Below are positions 10,687 through 20,360 of a DNA stretch of 64,000 nt, in pieces; the first letter of the stretch is position 1; each line of letters starts with the position of its first letter. The notes beneath the pieces were generated by a model. It did not search any database and was not told the DNA's origin. It saw nothing but the letters and a program-made list of their open reading frames with translations. This stretch comes from Candidatus Moanibacter sp. (GTDB lineage: Bacteria; Verrucomicrobiota; Verrucomicrobiia; Opitutales; UBA2987). The stretch covers positions 40,145-104,144 of the forward strand of contig CBDCEW010000092.1 in the NCBI GenBank assembly GCA_965215885.1, in the 5' to 3' direction. The translations under genes were made by a program, and so were the position numbers.

Positions 10687-11577
10687 CTACCCAAACTTGT
10701 AGCTCTCGCGACCCTTAAAAAGCTTGATGAAGTCGTCGCTGACTGAATGGTCACCCGAATCGGCCGCGTATACGATAAGTCGCTCCCTCAGGTTTTGGGC
10801 CTCCTCCTCCGGCATTAGTAGGGCGAGCAGAAGGTAGACTCCTTTGAAGCGAGGGTCGTCAACGTAGTCAAGGAGGCGTTCGTTCTCTTTTCCTAGAAAC
10901 GTCTGTACGATGAAGTAATCCATGATCTTGTCGTGCCGAAAGGTGTATATGTCCTTCGCATTCCTTTCCTTCGTCTGTCTCTGTCTGTGTAAGACCAATT
11001 TGTGCTCGAGCAAGCATTTGAGCTCGTCTTCAAAGTCGTCTGAAGGAATTTCGGATTCGTCATTTATTCTCATATCAAATACGGCTTCGGAGAATGCCAC
11101 TAAAGGAAACTCCCTGTTTCCGGTCTCCTGCTTGAAGTCCTTCGCCATCAATCTGTATTGGTGATCTTGCAGGCGGAACAGATTCGGTTCCTCGCCGCGG
11201 GCGATCAGCTCCGAAACGATCGTCAGGTCCATGGGATTCGAGAGCACAACCTGGACTTCGTTCTGTGTTTCGATGATATCGAAGCAAGTATCAGGTCTGG
11301 TCAAAGCTTTGTTCAGATACGCAGTACAAGCATCTTTGTAATCCTTACCCTTCTTATACGCGCTGTCCGGCAAGGCACTCTCCCGGCTGTGGAGAAACGC
11401 CTGGATCTGGTCTTTTTCCAGAGGAAGTAGTTCATACACACCAGCGACGCCCGGCGGATTCCATTTCAGGAGCGGCTGTGTGGTCAGGATGATGTTGCCC
11501 TTGAAATACCGGTTCAGGAAGTTCGTAATCTCGGCCCTGAGCTCCGCGGATACCTCGTTCAAGCCATCGATGTAAAT
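10687..11577 (-). pseudogene. C-terminal part of a NACHT/STAND-like NTPase protein, 5'-truncated at an IS481 end
   Basis: Frame begins IYIDGLNEV (Walker B-like), then IILTTQP, LSNPMDLT and YTFRHDKIMDYF (winged-helix FxH motif). No Walker A; the frame runs into the IS481 terminus. Confidence 0.65.
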
Positions 11578-11578
11578 A

Positions 11579-11780
11579 GGTATGAACCGGACACATAGGT
11601 AACAAAAGTTCTACGGACATAGGTAACACTTTAACCTGGGCTTTATGCCTTGGAAAGAAGTGTCATCTATGGAACAGAAACATCGGTTTGTCATTCTCGC
11701 AGAGCGCGAGGAGCAATCGTTCAGTAGACTCTGCGAAGAGTTTGGTATCAGCCGCAAGAGTGGCTATAAGTGGCGTTCCA
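11579..11780 (+). mobile_element. IS481-family left end plus first ~45 codons of transposase (remnant)
   Basis: GTATGAACCGGACACATAGGTAACA...GGACATAGGTAACA repeated terminal motif; ORF MPWKEVSSMEQKHRFV...LCEEFGISRKSGYKWRSR at 11645, broken where the GGGGTCAG repeat begins. Confidence 0.8.
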
Positions 11781-11798
11781 GGGGTCAGTCCAGGGGAG

Positions 11799-11840
11799 AT
11801 GGGGTCAGATTGCGAATTGTTAGATTTTCCCCAGGGTTCG
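11799..11840. repeat. Dispersed repeat ATGGGGTCAGA(T/C)TGCGAATTGTT(A/T)GATTTTC (copies at ~11799, ~12116, and 13788/15363 split by IS4)
   Basis: Three near-identical ~30-bp copies in the same orientation; the 11799 and 15363 copies share roughly 80 bp of extended similarity. Confidence 0.8.
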
Positions 11841-12375
11841 GTAGGATCCGTATATCTCCAGAACTTCGCTTGGAAAGAGACTAACCCGCATATTTCACAA
11901 GCCATCTGTTTCGACCGTGGATCTTACGGCGCCTCAAGGACTTCCCTTGCCCGCCGACTTTCACGTGTTTCAATCCCGGCACGCCGAGACAGTCTCGCGA
12001 CGAAGTGCGTGAAAAATGCGGACTAGAAGCTTGAGTTGAACCATTACAGAGGGCTGAAGCATATTGCGCGTCTGCCCGGCGGTGGGTACATTTTTTCCCA
12101 GATCGGGAGCGGGCATGGGATCAGATTGCGAATTGTTTGATTTTCTCAACTTCGGACAGGACTTTTTTCAGCCCTTTGCGTGAAACGGGGCTGACGGTTT
12201 GCGAAGATCAGAGATCAGGGGTCGAAAAGGGGAGGTATTTGTCTTTTCGAAATCTCAAGAGGATGAAAAGGGGCTTTCTCCGGCGAGATATATTTGCAGG
12301 GCAACGATATCTTGAATCTTGCGGTGACTCTGCAAAAGATCGAGGGAGGCGGGGCGCATAAGCGACAAGAGCATA

Positions 12376-12906
12376 ATGAATCGGCTGGAGATGAAAGAGA
12401 CTATAGAGGCACGGGTGCCGTTGCTTTCTGCACGTGATGGCGGAAGCTATAAGAAGGCAGAGGAACTGCGAAAGGCGTTCGTTCGGGACTATCACCGAAA
12501 CCGAATTGCAAGTTTGGGTCTCGATGGCTATGTCATTGGGAAAGGTAAACAGAACCGATCCTTCTGCTACCGTATTGAGCGCGAGATGGACAGCCTTGGC
12601 CGGATACTTGGTGCGACGGCTCTCAAGTTCGGCGTTTACTATGGGCGGACAAAGAGGGAAGCGAGTGAGAAGTATCGATTTGCGAAACACTGGGGTATCA
12701 GCAAAGACGAGGCGTTTAATGCGGTGCGAGGAGCAATCGTGGATCTTCTGGATGCTGCCGAAGCCGACGACACCATCCCGGCTGCCAGGTTGACCATAGA
12801 CATTTGGCGGTGCCACTTGCAGATCGGGCGTTTCGGGAGTCAGAATCTCGGGTTCGGATTATCGAAATCTACGATTGACCAGCTTAACGCCTTGGGGCAT
12901 TGTTGA
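12376..12906 (+). CDS. Hypothetical protein, possibly a truncated N-terminal domain of a restriction/defence protein
   Basis: 176-aa ORF (SFCYRIEREMDSLGRILGATALKFGVYY) resembling N-terminal domains fused to nucleases; the C-terminal ~40 aa look unrelated. Confidence 0.45.
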   Translation: MNRLEMKETIEARVPLLSARDGGSYKKAEELRKAFVRDYHRNRIASLGLDGYVIGKGKQNRSFCYRIEREMDSLGRILGATALKFGVYYGRTKREASEKYRFAKHWGISKDEAFNAVRGAIVDLLDAAEADDTIPAARLTIDIWRCHLQIGRFGSQNLGFGLSKSTIDQLNALGHC

Positions 12907-12912
12907 GGCTGG

Positions 12913-13128
12913 ATGAGCAAGAAATCTCAGACCTCCTATGTCCCTCTCGAGTGGAAATCCATGAGAAACGGTGAGAAGCCAAAGACAGACGGAGAGTTGC
13001 GGCGTTACATTGCCGACATGAGGCGGTTTTCGAAAAGAACCGCTTCGTCAAAAGAGGAGTCGCTTCGTTTCTTGGTCAAAGCTGGGATCGCGACTCCGAA
13101 GGGGAATCTCAAGCAAGTCTACCGATAA
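12913..13128 (+). CDS. Small basic hypothetical protein (candidate antitoxin/partner)
   Basis: 71 aa, GAGG RBS upstream, ends 7 bp before the next gene; C-terminus FLVKAGIATPKGNLKQVYR. Confidence 0.65.
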   Translation: MSKKSQTSYVPLEWKSMRNGEKPKTDGELRRYIADMRRFSKRTASSKEESLRFLVKAGIATPKGNLKQVYR

Positions 13129-13135
13129 CCCGGCC

Positions 13136-13753
13136 GTGTACTCCTCGCTCCCGACATTTGTCCTGGGTTTCCACGGGTGTGACAGGTCGGTTGCTGAGAA
13201 AATCGTGGCTGGGAACCAGCGACTCAAGGCTAGCAGGAACGAGTACGATTGGTTAGGACACGGCTCCTATTTTTGGGAGAACAATCCAGCACGCGCTCTG
13301 GAATTCGCCGCGATTCTTCGGGACACCGCAAAACGAAGTAGGCCGAAAGTTACGGAACCATTCGTCATCGGAGCGATCATTGATTTAGGTCACTGCTTCA
13401 ATCTTCTCGACACAGGCTGCCTCGCGATTCTGGCCCAAAGCTATGAAGATTATCGCAAGGTAAGCGAGGCGGCGGGTGTTCCTCTACCGCAGAACAAGCC
13501 CCTGGGTAGTGGAACGGACGTATTATTGCGATATCTTGACTGTGCTGTCATTGAATTCATGTATCAGTACCATGAGACGCGAGGACAGAGGCCGTATGAC
13601 AGTGCACGAGGCCTCTTCCCTGAAGGAGATCCCGTGTTTCCCGGAGCAACGATAAGGGACAAGGACCATATACAAATCTGTGTTCGCAATCCGAACTGCA
13701 TAAAGGGGTACTTCCGCATTCTGGAGCCGGTTCCAGGATATCCTATTCCCTGA
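13136..13753 (+). CDS. ADP-ribosyltransferase-fold-like hypothetical protein
   Basis: 205 aa; GFHGC...DWLGHGSYFWE...HIQICVR fits the H-Y-[E/Q] strand pattern of HYE-clade ARTs. Confidence 0.6.
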   Translation: MYSSLPTFVLGFHGCDRSVAEKIVAGNQRLKASRNEYDWLGHGSYFWENNPARALEFAAILRDTAKRSRPKVTEPFVIGAIIDLGHCFNLLDTGCLAILAQSYEDYRKVSEAAGVPLPQNKPLGSGTDVLLRYLDCAVIEFMYQYHETRGQRPYDSARGLFPEGDPVFPGATIRDKDHIQICVRNPNCIKGYFRILEPVPGYPIP

Positions 13754-13800
13754 AGTTGAGATTGAGCTTTCCCTCTTAAAGGGGGTATGGGGTCAGACTG

Positions 13801-15362
13801 GAATGGCGCTAAGATAAGCCAAAAATAATTGTAAAAAATATGTAAAAAGCTTGTACTATGACCGTTAGTAGGCTAATCTTGTTGTATGAAAAATATGACA
13901 AGATTCCTGCCTGGGTTTAATCACATTCTATGCGGTCGCCCGCCTAAGTCGGCCCTGGCACAATTAAAGCAAAAACTGGCTCATCTAAGAGAGTCAACTC
14001 TATCGGAGTTGTCGGATCTGTTTGATCGGTGGATTCCTCTGGGAGTTTTGCAACCCAAGAGCGAAAAAGAAAACAGCCGGGAACGAGTCTACTCACTCAG
14101 AACGACCTTCTGGGGCTTTCTGTTCCAGGTGCTCTCCCCGCAGACAGCCTGCCGGGAGGTCGTCAGAAAGGTGCAGAGCTACTGTAGTGAGCGGGAGTTG
14201 AACCTGCCCAGTTCCTCCACCTCGGCCTATTGCCAGGCACGTCAGCGCATAGGTATAGAGGACTTACAAAAGATCGGTGAAGAGGTCAGCGAGCAGATAC
14301 ACAAGGAGGTAAGGCAAGCGCAGCGGTGGAAGGGGCACGAGGTCAGAGTGATAGACGGTACTGGGATCAGTATGCCCGATACCGAGCAGAACCAGAGGGC
14401 CTTTCCCCAACCCGGGGGGCAGAAAGAGGGGTGCGGATTTCCCGTCATGCTTCTGGTGGGCTGTTTCTGTTTGGCCAGCGGGGCCTTGCTGCACTGTGTC
14501 GAGACCACCTTAAAAAACCATGAAAGCGGCATTTTGCGCAAATTCGTTGGGTATTTGAAAAAAGCAGAGGTGGTTCTGTGCGACCGCGGTTATTGCTCTT
14601 ATGCCAATCTGGGGCTGCTTCTAAACCATCAAATGGACGCGGTCATGCGCCTGCACCAAAGGCGCAAATGCGACTTCCGTAGCGGCCAAACACTGGGCCG
14701 ATACGATCGGCTGGTGACCTGGAAAAAACCGCAGAGACAGCACGGGTTCAGCCCGGAAGAATGGGCTCAATTACCGGCCGAACTGACTCTGCGAATGGTG
14801 CGTAGATCAAAGGATTCCGTACCCGAAAGATCGATCTTGTGACCACCTTTACCGACCCCCTCCAATACACCGTAGAGGATCTGGCCGATCTCTACTTCCG
14901 CCGCTGGTCAGTGGAACTGTTTTTTCGCGACATTAAAACGACTATGAAGATGGAAACGGTACGCTGCCTTACTCCCGAAATGGTGCGTAAGGAAATCCAG
15001 CTGTTCTTTATCGCCTATAATCTCATCCGCGCCCTCATGCAACACGCCGCCACCCTCTATCAGCGTGACCTGCATCGGCTCAGCTTCAAGAGCACGGTCG
15101 ACACCGTTCGGCAGTACTGCACCGCTCTGAACGCCACCCGCAAGCAGCCTCGAAAGCAACAACGCATCATTGACGAGATGGTTCTGATTATTGCCGAGGA
15201 GACTGTTCCACTACGAGAACACCGCAGCGAACCACGAGCGGTCAAACGAAGACCGAAACCTTACCAATTACTAACGAAGCCGCGAGGGAAAATGAAAGTC
15301 TCGCGCTCGCGCAGAAACAAAGGCAAAAATCGTCGTTAATCGGGCTTATCTTAGCGCCATTC
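13801..15362 (+). mobile_element. IS4-family insertion sequence
   Basis: Perfect 20-bp TIRs GAATGGCGCTAAGATAAGCC (13801-13820) / GGCTTATCTTAGCGCCATTC (15343-15362); 11-bp TSD GGGTCAGACTG (13790-13800, 15363-15373). Confidence 0.95.
13886..15339 (+). pseudogene. IS4 DDE transposase, frameshifted near 14800-14840
   Basis: VIDGT, LCDRGY and YFRRWSVELFFRDIK (YREK signature) split over ORFs 13886-14842 and 14839-15339. Confidence 0.9.
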
Positions 15363-15756
15363 GGGTCAGACTGCGAATTGTTTGATTTTCCCCAGGGTTC
15401 CGGGTCTGGTAGAATCAGTTTATGTTCCGGCCTTCGCTTAGAAAGGGGCTAGCCCGGAAAGGGTCATCGAACGCGGAAGAGGTCATGTTTATTTGGGCAA
15501 CAGCGCCTATCATTTTGCCATCGTCACAAGCGAGCACTGAGAGAGCGCAGGTTCACTCCTGCAGAAAAACAGGAAACCCTGCCCACCCGCCGAAGATGGA
15601 TCGACCACGACATCATCATTGCGAGGAATTTTATACACATTTGAACATCGGATCGTTCAAGGCGGCAGTAATACGTCAGACTGGAATGCCGCTAAAATAA
15701 GGGGCATAAACGACAGATTCGGCCACAGTCGAATTCGGCCGCAAGCGGCCTTCCTA

Positions 15757-17649
15757 GTGCGCCCGTAATGGTTATGAAACAGAAAGGTGAAAGTCCGATC
15801 CAGCCCAAACGTGCACTGGGCTGAAACGTGAAGTAACTGCGTCACCAAGAGGTGGGGTGGGAAGCAACAGAACGTGAACTGCCAGTCCGTAATAGTCATG
15901 CCAATGACCGTGAACTCGATTCGGCAAGGCGTCGTGGCGAGACTCCTAGGAATGTGCGAAGCCCCTGTCCCCGTAGAGAGCGGGGAGATCACTACGTGCC
16001 CGGGTCACGCAAAGCACGGTAGTGATGCGACGTCGGGTGGTTGGAGACGGAATGGCGGGAAGGATCATAACAGGAAACGGGGAGACCTGTCGGCACGAGG
16101 ACGGAGTTCAAGACTCCATAAGAGTCCGAAGAGCCGGCCGACAGGAGTCGGAGCCTCAATAAGAGCGAAGAAGCCGGGTAATACCGGTGGAGCAAAGGGA
16201 GGCAGGAAGGTGGAAGCGTGAAGTACATACAAGAGGAATTAATTCCTTCCGCAGTTTCCGAAAGGGATAGACAAGGAAGAGAAGTCCGAGCCCGGTGGGC
16301 TTGGGTGGAACCTCAAGTATGGAGCGAACGCATGTTGGCAGCCCTCGAAACGGGGGTGAAAGGAAACAAATGGTTCAGTCTAAATGATAAGGTGAGCCGG
16401 GAAGAGACCCTGCAGCGGGCTTGGGAACAAGTACGCCGCAATGGTGGCAGCGCCGGAATAGACGCTATTTCGGTGAAGCGATTTACCAAGATAGGGGAAA
16501 AGGAGCTGACCCGGTTGAAAAGACAACTCCAAAGAGGAGAGTACAGACCGAAAGCGGTCAAGCGGGTATGGATCAATAAGACGGGAAGCAAAGAAAAACG
16601 GCCGTTGGGAGTACCCACGGTAAGAGATCGGATCGTGCAAGGCGCACTACGTCTGGTGATCGAACCGATCTTTGAGAAAGACTTTGCCGCCCATAGCTAT
16701 GGATTCCGACCGGGTCGAGGATGCAAGGATGCGCTGCGTCAAGTCAGCCGCCTGCTTAAGGCGGGTTACAACTGGGTTGTGGACGCGGACCTGAAAAGCT
16801 ACTTCGACACGATCCCGCACGAGAAGCTGATGGAACTAGTGGAGGAAAGGATCCGTGACCGAAAGGTATTGGAGCTGATCGGAAGCTTCCTCACCCAAGG
16901 GGTGATGGAAAGTCACAAAGGCTGGCAACCGACGGAACGAGGCACTCCCCAAGGGTCAGTAGTTAGTCCGTTGTTGTCGAACATCTACCTCAATGGTCTT
17001 GACCACCAGATGGCCCGCAAAGGTTACCAAATGGTACGCTACGCGGATGACTTCATTGTCCTGTGTCGCAGTCAAGAGGAAGCCCAAAGAGCCCACGAGG
17101 AAGTGCAGCGGTGGACTCGGAAGAGAGAACTGCTCCTGCATCCGGAGAAAACCAGGATTGTAGATGCCACCTTAAAAGGAGGTTTCGATTTTCTTGGTTA
17201 CCACTTCGAACGCGGTTATCGATGGCCGCGTCAGAAGAGCCTCAATGAGTTGCGTGCGAAGATCCGAGCCAGAACGAAGAGGACTAATGGGACCAGCATG
17301 AGCTGTATCATCAGCAAAGTGAATCCGATCCTCCAAGGCTGGTTCGAGTACTACAAGCACAGTCACAAGACCACCTTTGGACCGATCGATGGATGGGTTC
17401 GAATGCGCCTGCGCAGTATCAAACGCAAACGGCGTAAAGGCCGAGGCAAAGGACGTGGTCTGGATCATCAACGCTGGCCCAATCGTTACTTCGCGGACCT
17501 GGGACTGTTCAGCCTTAAAACAGCCTGGGAACACGCGCGCCAATCTCCATGATGGAGTTAACCACTGACTGGAGAGCCGGATGCGGGAGAACCGCACGTC
17601 CGGTTCGGAGGGAGGGGAGCCGGTGAGATTCCGGCTTTCCTACCCCTAC
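15757..17649 (+). mobile_element. Group II intron, class C-like, apparently complete (1893 nt)
   Basis: 5' GTGCGCCC at 15757; domain V GAGCCGGATGCGGGAGAACCGCACGTCCGGTTC; domain VI ending CCTACCCCTAC (AC) at 17649; inserted 6 nt after a stem-loop. Confidence 0.9.
16218..17552 (+). CDS. ltrA: Group II intron reverse transcriptase/maturase (no endonuclease domain)
   Basis: KRPLGVPTVRDRIVQ, SYGFRPGR, VDADLKSYFDTI, GTPQGSVVSPLLSNIYL, YADD, domain X (NPILQGWFEYY); 444 aa. Confidence 0.96.
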   Translation: MKYIQEELIPSAVSERDRQGREVRARWAWVEPQVWSERMLAALETGVKGNKWFSLNDKVSREETLQRAWEQVRRNGGSAGIDAISVKRFTKIGEKELTRLKRQLQRGEYRPKAVKRVWINKTGSKEKRPLGVPTVRDRIVQGALRLVIEPIFEKDFAAHSYGFRPGRGCKDALRQVSRLLKAGYNWVVDADLKSYFDTIPHEKLMELVEERIRDRKVLELIGSFLTQGVMESHKGWQPTERGTPQGSVVSPLLSNIYLNGLDHQMARKGYQMVRYADDFIVLCRSQEEAQRAHEEVQRWTRKRELLLHPEKTRIVDATLKGGFDFLGYHFERGYRWPRQKSLNELRAKIRARTKRTNGTSMSCIISKVNPILQGWFEYYKHSHKTTFGPIDGWVRMRLRSIKRKRRKGRGKGRGLDHQRWPNRYFADLGLFSLKTAWEHARQSP

Positions 17650-18219
17650 CAACAATTCATGTCCCGACCTGCCGTGATAGAAAGCTCGCTTGCTTCTGAA
17701 TTAGTCGATAGGGTAGGGGATCGTATGCTGATTGGTCTGCACCATGTGTTGTATGATTACGGTGCTGCGACCGGAGGATCTATAGCCATCGTATAAAAAG
17801 GCTCATATCGACTGGCTTGCTCCTCTAAGCGTTAGGAACAAGCCGTTTCCTGAGACAGAAATCCGAATGAACCGGTTTCGGGTCGAGGAGAGCGCCGACA
17901 AAAAGAGCGGGGATTTTGTGATTGCCTAAGCCGAGGGTTAAGCAAAGCCGCATTTGAAATCCTAGCCAGTGCAAAAGTCGACGATGGCCATCTCATAATC
18001 CGACTCCAGTGCTTCGATAATATCCTCTGGATCTCCACCTTCGCGAAAGTAGTCCGCAATCAACGAGAAGCGGATTCGCCGGTTGTGATGGGCTGCGGCT
18101 CACTCCTTGGCCAAACCCTGATTCTTTTTAAACTTTACTGTCATTATTAAAATTGGAAGATGTATCTATTCGTTGATTTATCCCGAAGACAAAGGTCATC
18201 GAAAGAATCAGGATTAATT

Positions 18220-18480
18220 ATGACCATTGACCGCGAAAACGTCGCCAAGAAACTTATTGATTATCTGCAGCACCAGATTGCTCTTAACCAACTCGTTGAT
18301 TGGGCCGAAACGGCTGTTATGCGAGGTCAATTCGAAGGTGCGGATAGGGACAATGTCATGGACATAGTCGCTCGTCTGGGATTAGCAGACGTGAGAGCCT
18401 TTGGCCTTACCTGGGAAGACTGTGAAACGTTTCTGAACCGTCTCGGCTATGATGCAAAAGTCGATGTGGTCGCTCGATGA
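18220..18480 (+). CDS. Small hypothetical protein
   Basis: 86-aa ORF with plausible helical composition (LVDWAE...RLGLADVRAFGLTWEDCE). Confidence 0.6.
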   Translation: MTIDRENVAKKLIDYLQHQIALNQLVDWAETAVMRGQFEGADRDNVMDIVARLGLADVRAFGLTWEDCETFLNRLGYDAKVDVVAR

Positions 18481-18518
18481 GTTCCCCGGGCTGGTCATCT
18501 GCCAACGGCAGAATGCTA

Positions 18519-19457
18519 TTAGGATGAAAGCCGCAATTTCCAGCCATACAGGAGAAGACACACGAGACCCAGGCTGAGAAGTAGCATGCTGGAGGGTTCC
18601 GGGATGGCCGCGGCGAGGTCGCCACGGCCGGAATTGAAGGTCGGGATGAAATTCTCGTGGAGAGTCGTTTGGGAGAAGCCCGAATCGACAGCATAACTGA
18701 AAATATCCTCAGAGCCATTGACATCATTGACGAAGAGATCCTCTTCCGGAGCGCCGATAGAAAAGGTAATTCCCGCGAATCCTTGAAGGACGTCCGTATG
18801 CACGAGAGTTAAAGCCCCACTCAGAATGTCCAAAGTGTAAAAGTCACTGGAATCGGCCACAAAAAAGGTATTGTCGAGTGCCACCGCAATGTCGGTGACA
18901 TCGGAAAGGTCGAATGCGTTTCCTCCGAGCATTAAAGCCACAGGTGGGCCGACAACTGCACCAGTCGAGGGATTGATCTGAAGCAATTCATCGCTGGCCG
19001 CATCCAGCGCCCACAGGGTATCTGAAAGGTCGAAAACGGCTCCTCGTATATCGCGGCCAGAAAGCAGCGAACCGATCGTTGATGCCACAGCCGTATTGGA
19101 GTCGATGATGATGAGGGTGGAGCCGGTTGTGTTGAAACCGGACTTCTGAAGCTCAAAGGCCAACAGGCCGTGCGTCAGGGAAAATGCGAGCGCATCCGCG
19201 TCGATATCGATCTCGTCGAGTGTAACAGGCCCAATATCAATGAAACCTGATCCGTCTTCCTGAAAGGAGAAGAGATTGGTAGGAGGTAGCGAGTTTGGGA
19301 CGGTTCCGTTGAAGCAGAAATTGGGAGGGCCACTTCCACATGATTTTATACCCAGGACAATTGCGTGCGCGCTGGGTGCTAACAGCAGATTGGCTATTAG
19401 TGCAGCTGAGAATAAGCCAGTAAACTCTGGCCTCAAATTGAGCTTTGATAGAAACAC
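18519..19457 (-). CDS. PEP-CTERM sorting-domain protein with beta-propeller-like repeats
   Basis: Signal peptide ending AHA; C-terminal IPEPSSMLLLSLGLVCLLLYGWKLR. Confidence 0.85.
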   Translation of the reverse strand: MFLSKLNLRPEFTGLFSAALIANLLLAPSAHAIVLGIKSCGSGPPNFCFNGTVPNSLPPTNLFSFQEDGSGFIDIGPVTLDEIDIDADALAFSLTHGLLAFELQKSGFNTTGSTLIIIDSNTAVASTIGSLLSGRDIRGAVFDLSDTLWALDAASDELLQINPSTGAVVGPPVALMLGGNAFDLSDVTDIAVALDNTFFVADSSDFYTLDILSGALTLVHTDVLQGFAGITFSIGAPEEDLFVNDVNGSEDIFSYAVDSGFSQTTLHENFIPTFNSGRGDLAAAIPEPSSMLLLSLGLVCLLLYGWKLRLSS

Positions 19458-19463
19458 TTAATG

Positions 19464-20012
19464 CTACCTTTTCTTCTTGGAGATTTTCGAACCCTCCAGA
19501 GTCAGGTTGTACATCAGGCCCTTATTTCCGAAAATGAAGCCGATGACGGGCTCTTTCGCGACCTCAGTATCGATCTCGCCGCCCGTCCCAAGAGTAGCGA
19601 GGGCGACGCTGGCATCGACCCCTACCTCCCAACCCGTGCTGTTGCGGAAACTATCCAAAGCTGCTTTGTCCATGAAGAGAATAATCTGCGATCTAACCTG
19701 GGCGCCGATCTGGAGACCAACGGAAGCTGCAGTCGTAGTGTAATAATCCACCGTTTTGCCGTCGATCATGAGAGCGCCGTTTCCGCGTTCGCCGCCCACT
19801 CCTATTCCAGCCTTTGACACATGGGGGAAACCCAGCATGCCGGCCGATTTTTCCGCCAGCTCTTTGCCGGCGCTCGTCAGTTCATAAAAGTTTGAAATCG
19901 CTTCCTTTATTCGAGCGTCCAATTGGACCTTCGACGCCGCATCTACCGCTTGGGTGGTGAAAAGGGCGAAGAGGAAAAGTAGAGCATTAATGATATTTCT
20001 ATTAGTAATCAT
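19464..20012 (-). CDS. YSC84/SYLF-like lipid-binding protein
   Basis: FPHVSKAGIGVGGERGNG, SVGLQIGAQ, GWEVGVDASVA, NKGLMYNLTLEGSKI; signal peptide. Confidence 0.85.
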   Translation of the reverse strand: MITNRNIINALLFLFALFTTQAVDAASKVQLDARIKEAISNFYELTSAGKELAEKSAGMLGFPHVSKAGIGVGGERGNGALMIDGKTVDYYTTTAASVGLQIGAQVRSQIILFMDKAALDSFRNSTGWEVGVDASVALATLGTGGEIDTEVAKEPVIGFIFGNKGLMYNLTLEGSKISKKKR

Positions 20013-20360
20013 TGTTTTGAAAATGTCGTATACTTGAAATAGAGCAATAAGCATCAAAAGCCGCCACTATCGTCGAGCAGCCCTGGATCGCATTAATAAC
20101 TTCGAATTTGCAGGTTAGCTGCCAAGGTAGTGCGAGGCAATGAAATAAGTGAAAGAGTGGGTGCCCGCTAAAGATCCCGGCAAGCCGGGACGAAACAAGA
20201 AGTTTGCAACGGATAAAAGGACAGCAACGGATGGGAAAAGTAAGAGACTCCGGTTAAATTTTGTTCCTTCATCGATCGATCACCGCAAGGAACAGCCCAA
20301 TTACCGGATCAAAAAGGCCGTCGACTCCGGACAGGAATCCTAATTAACTCGAGACTCTAA

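Noticed and set aside
16218..17552. Retron, DGR or defence-associated reverse transcriptase
   Set aside because: It has domain X and lies inside recognisable group II intron ends (GTGCG, DV/DVI).
15757..17660. Integron attC site as the intron target
   Set aside because: No RYYYAAC...GTTRRRY dyad with the expected structure, and no integron integrase in the window.
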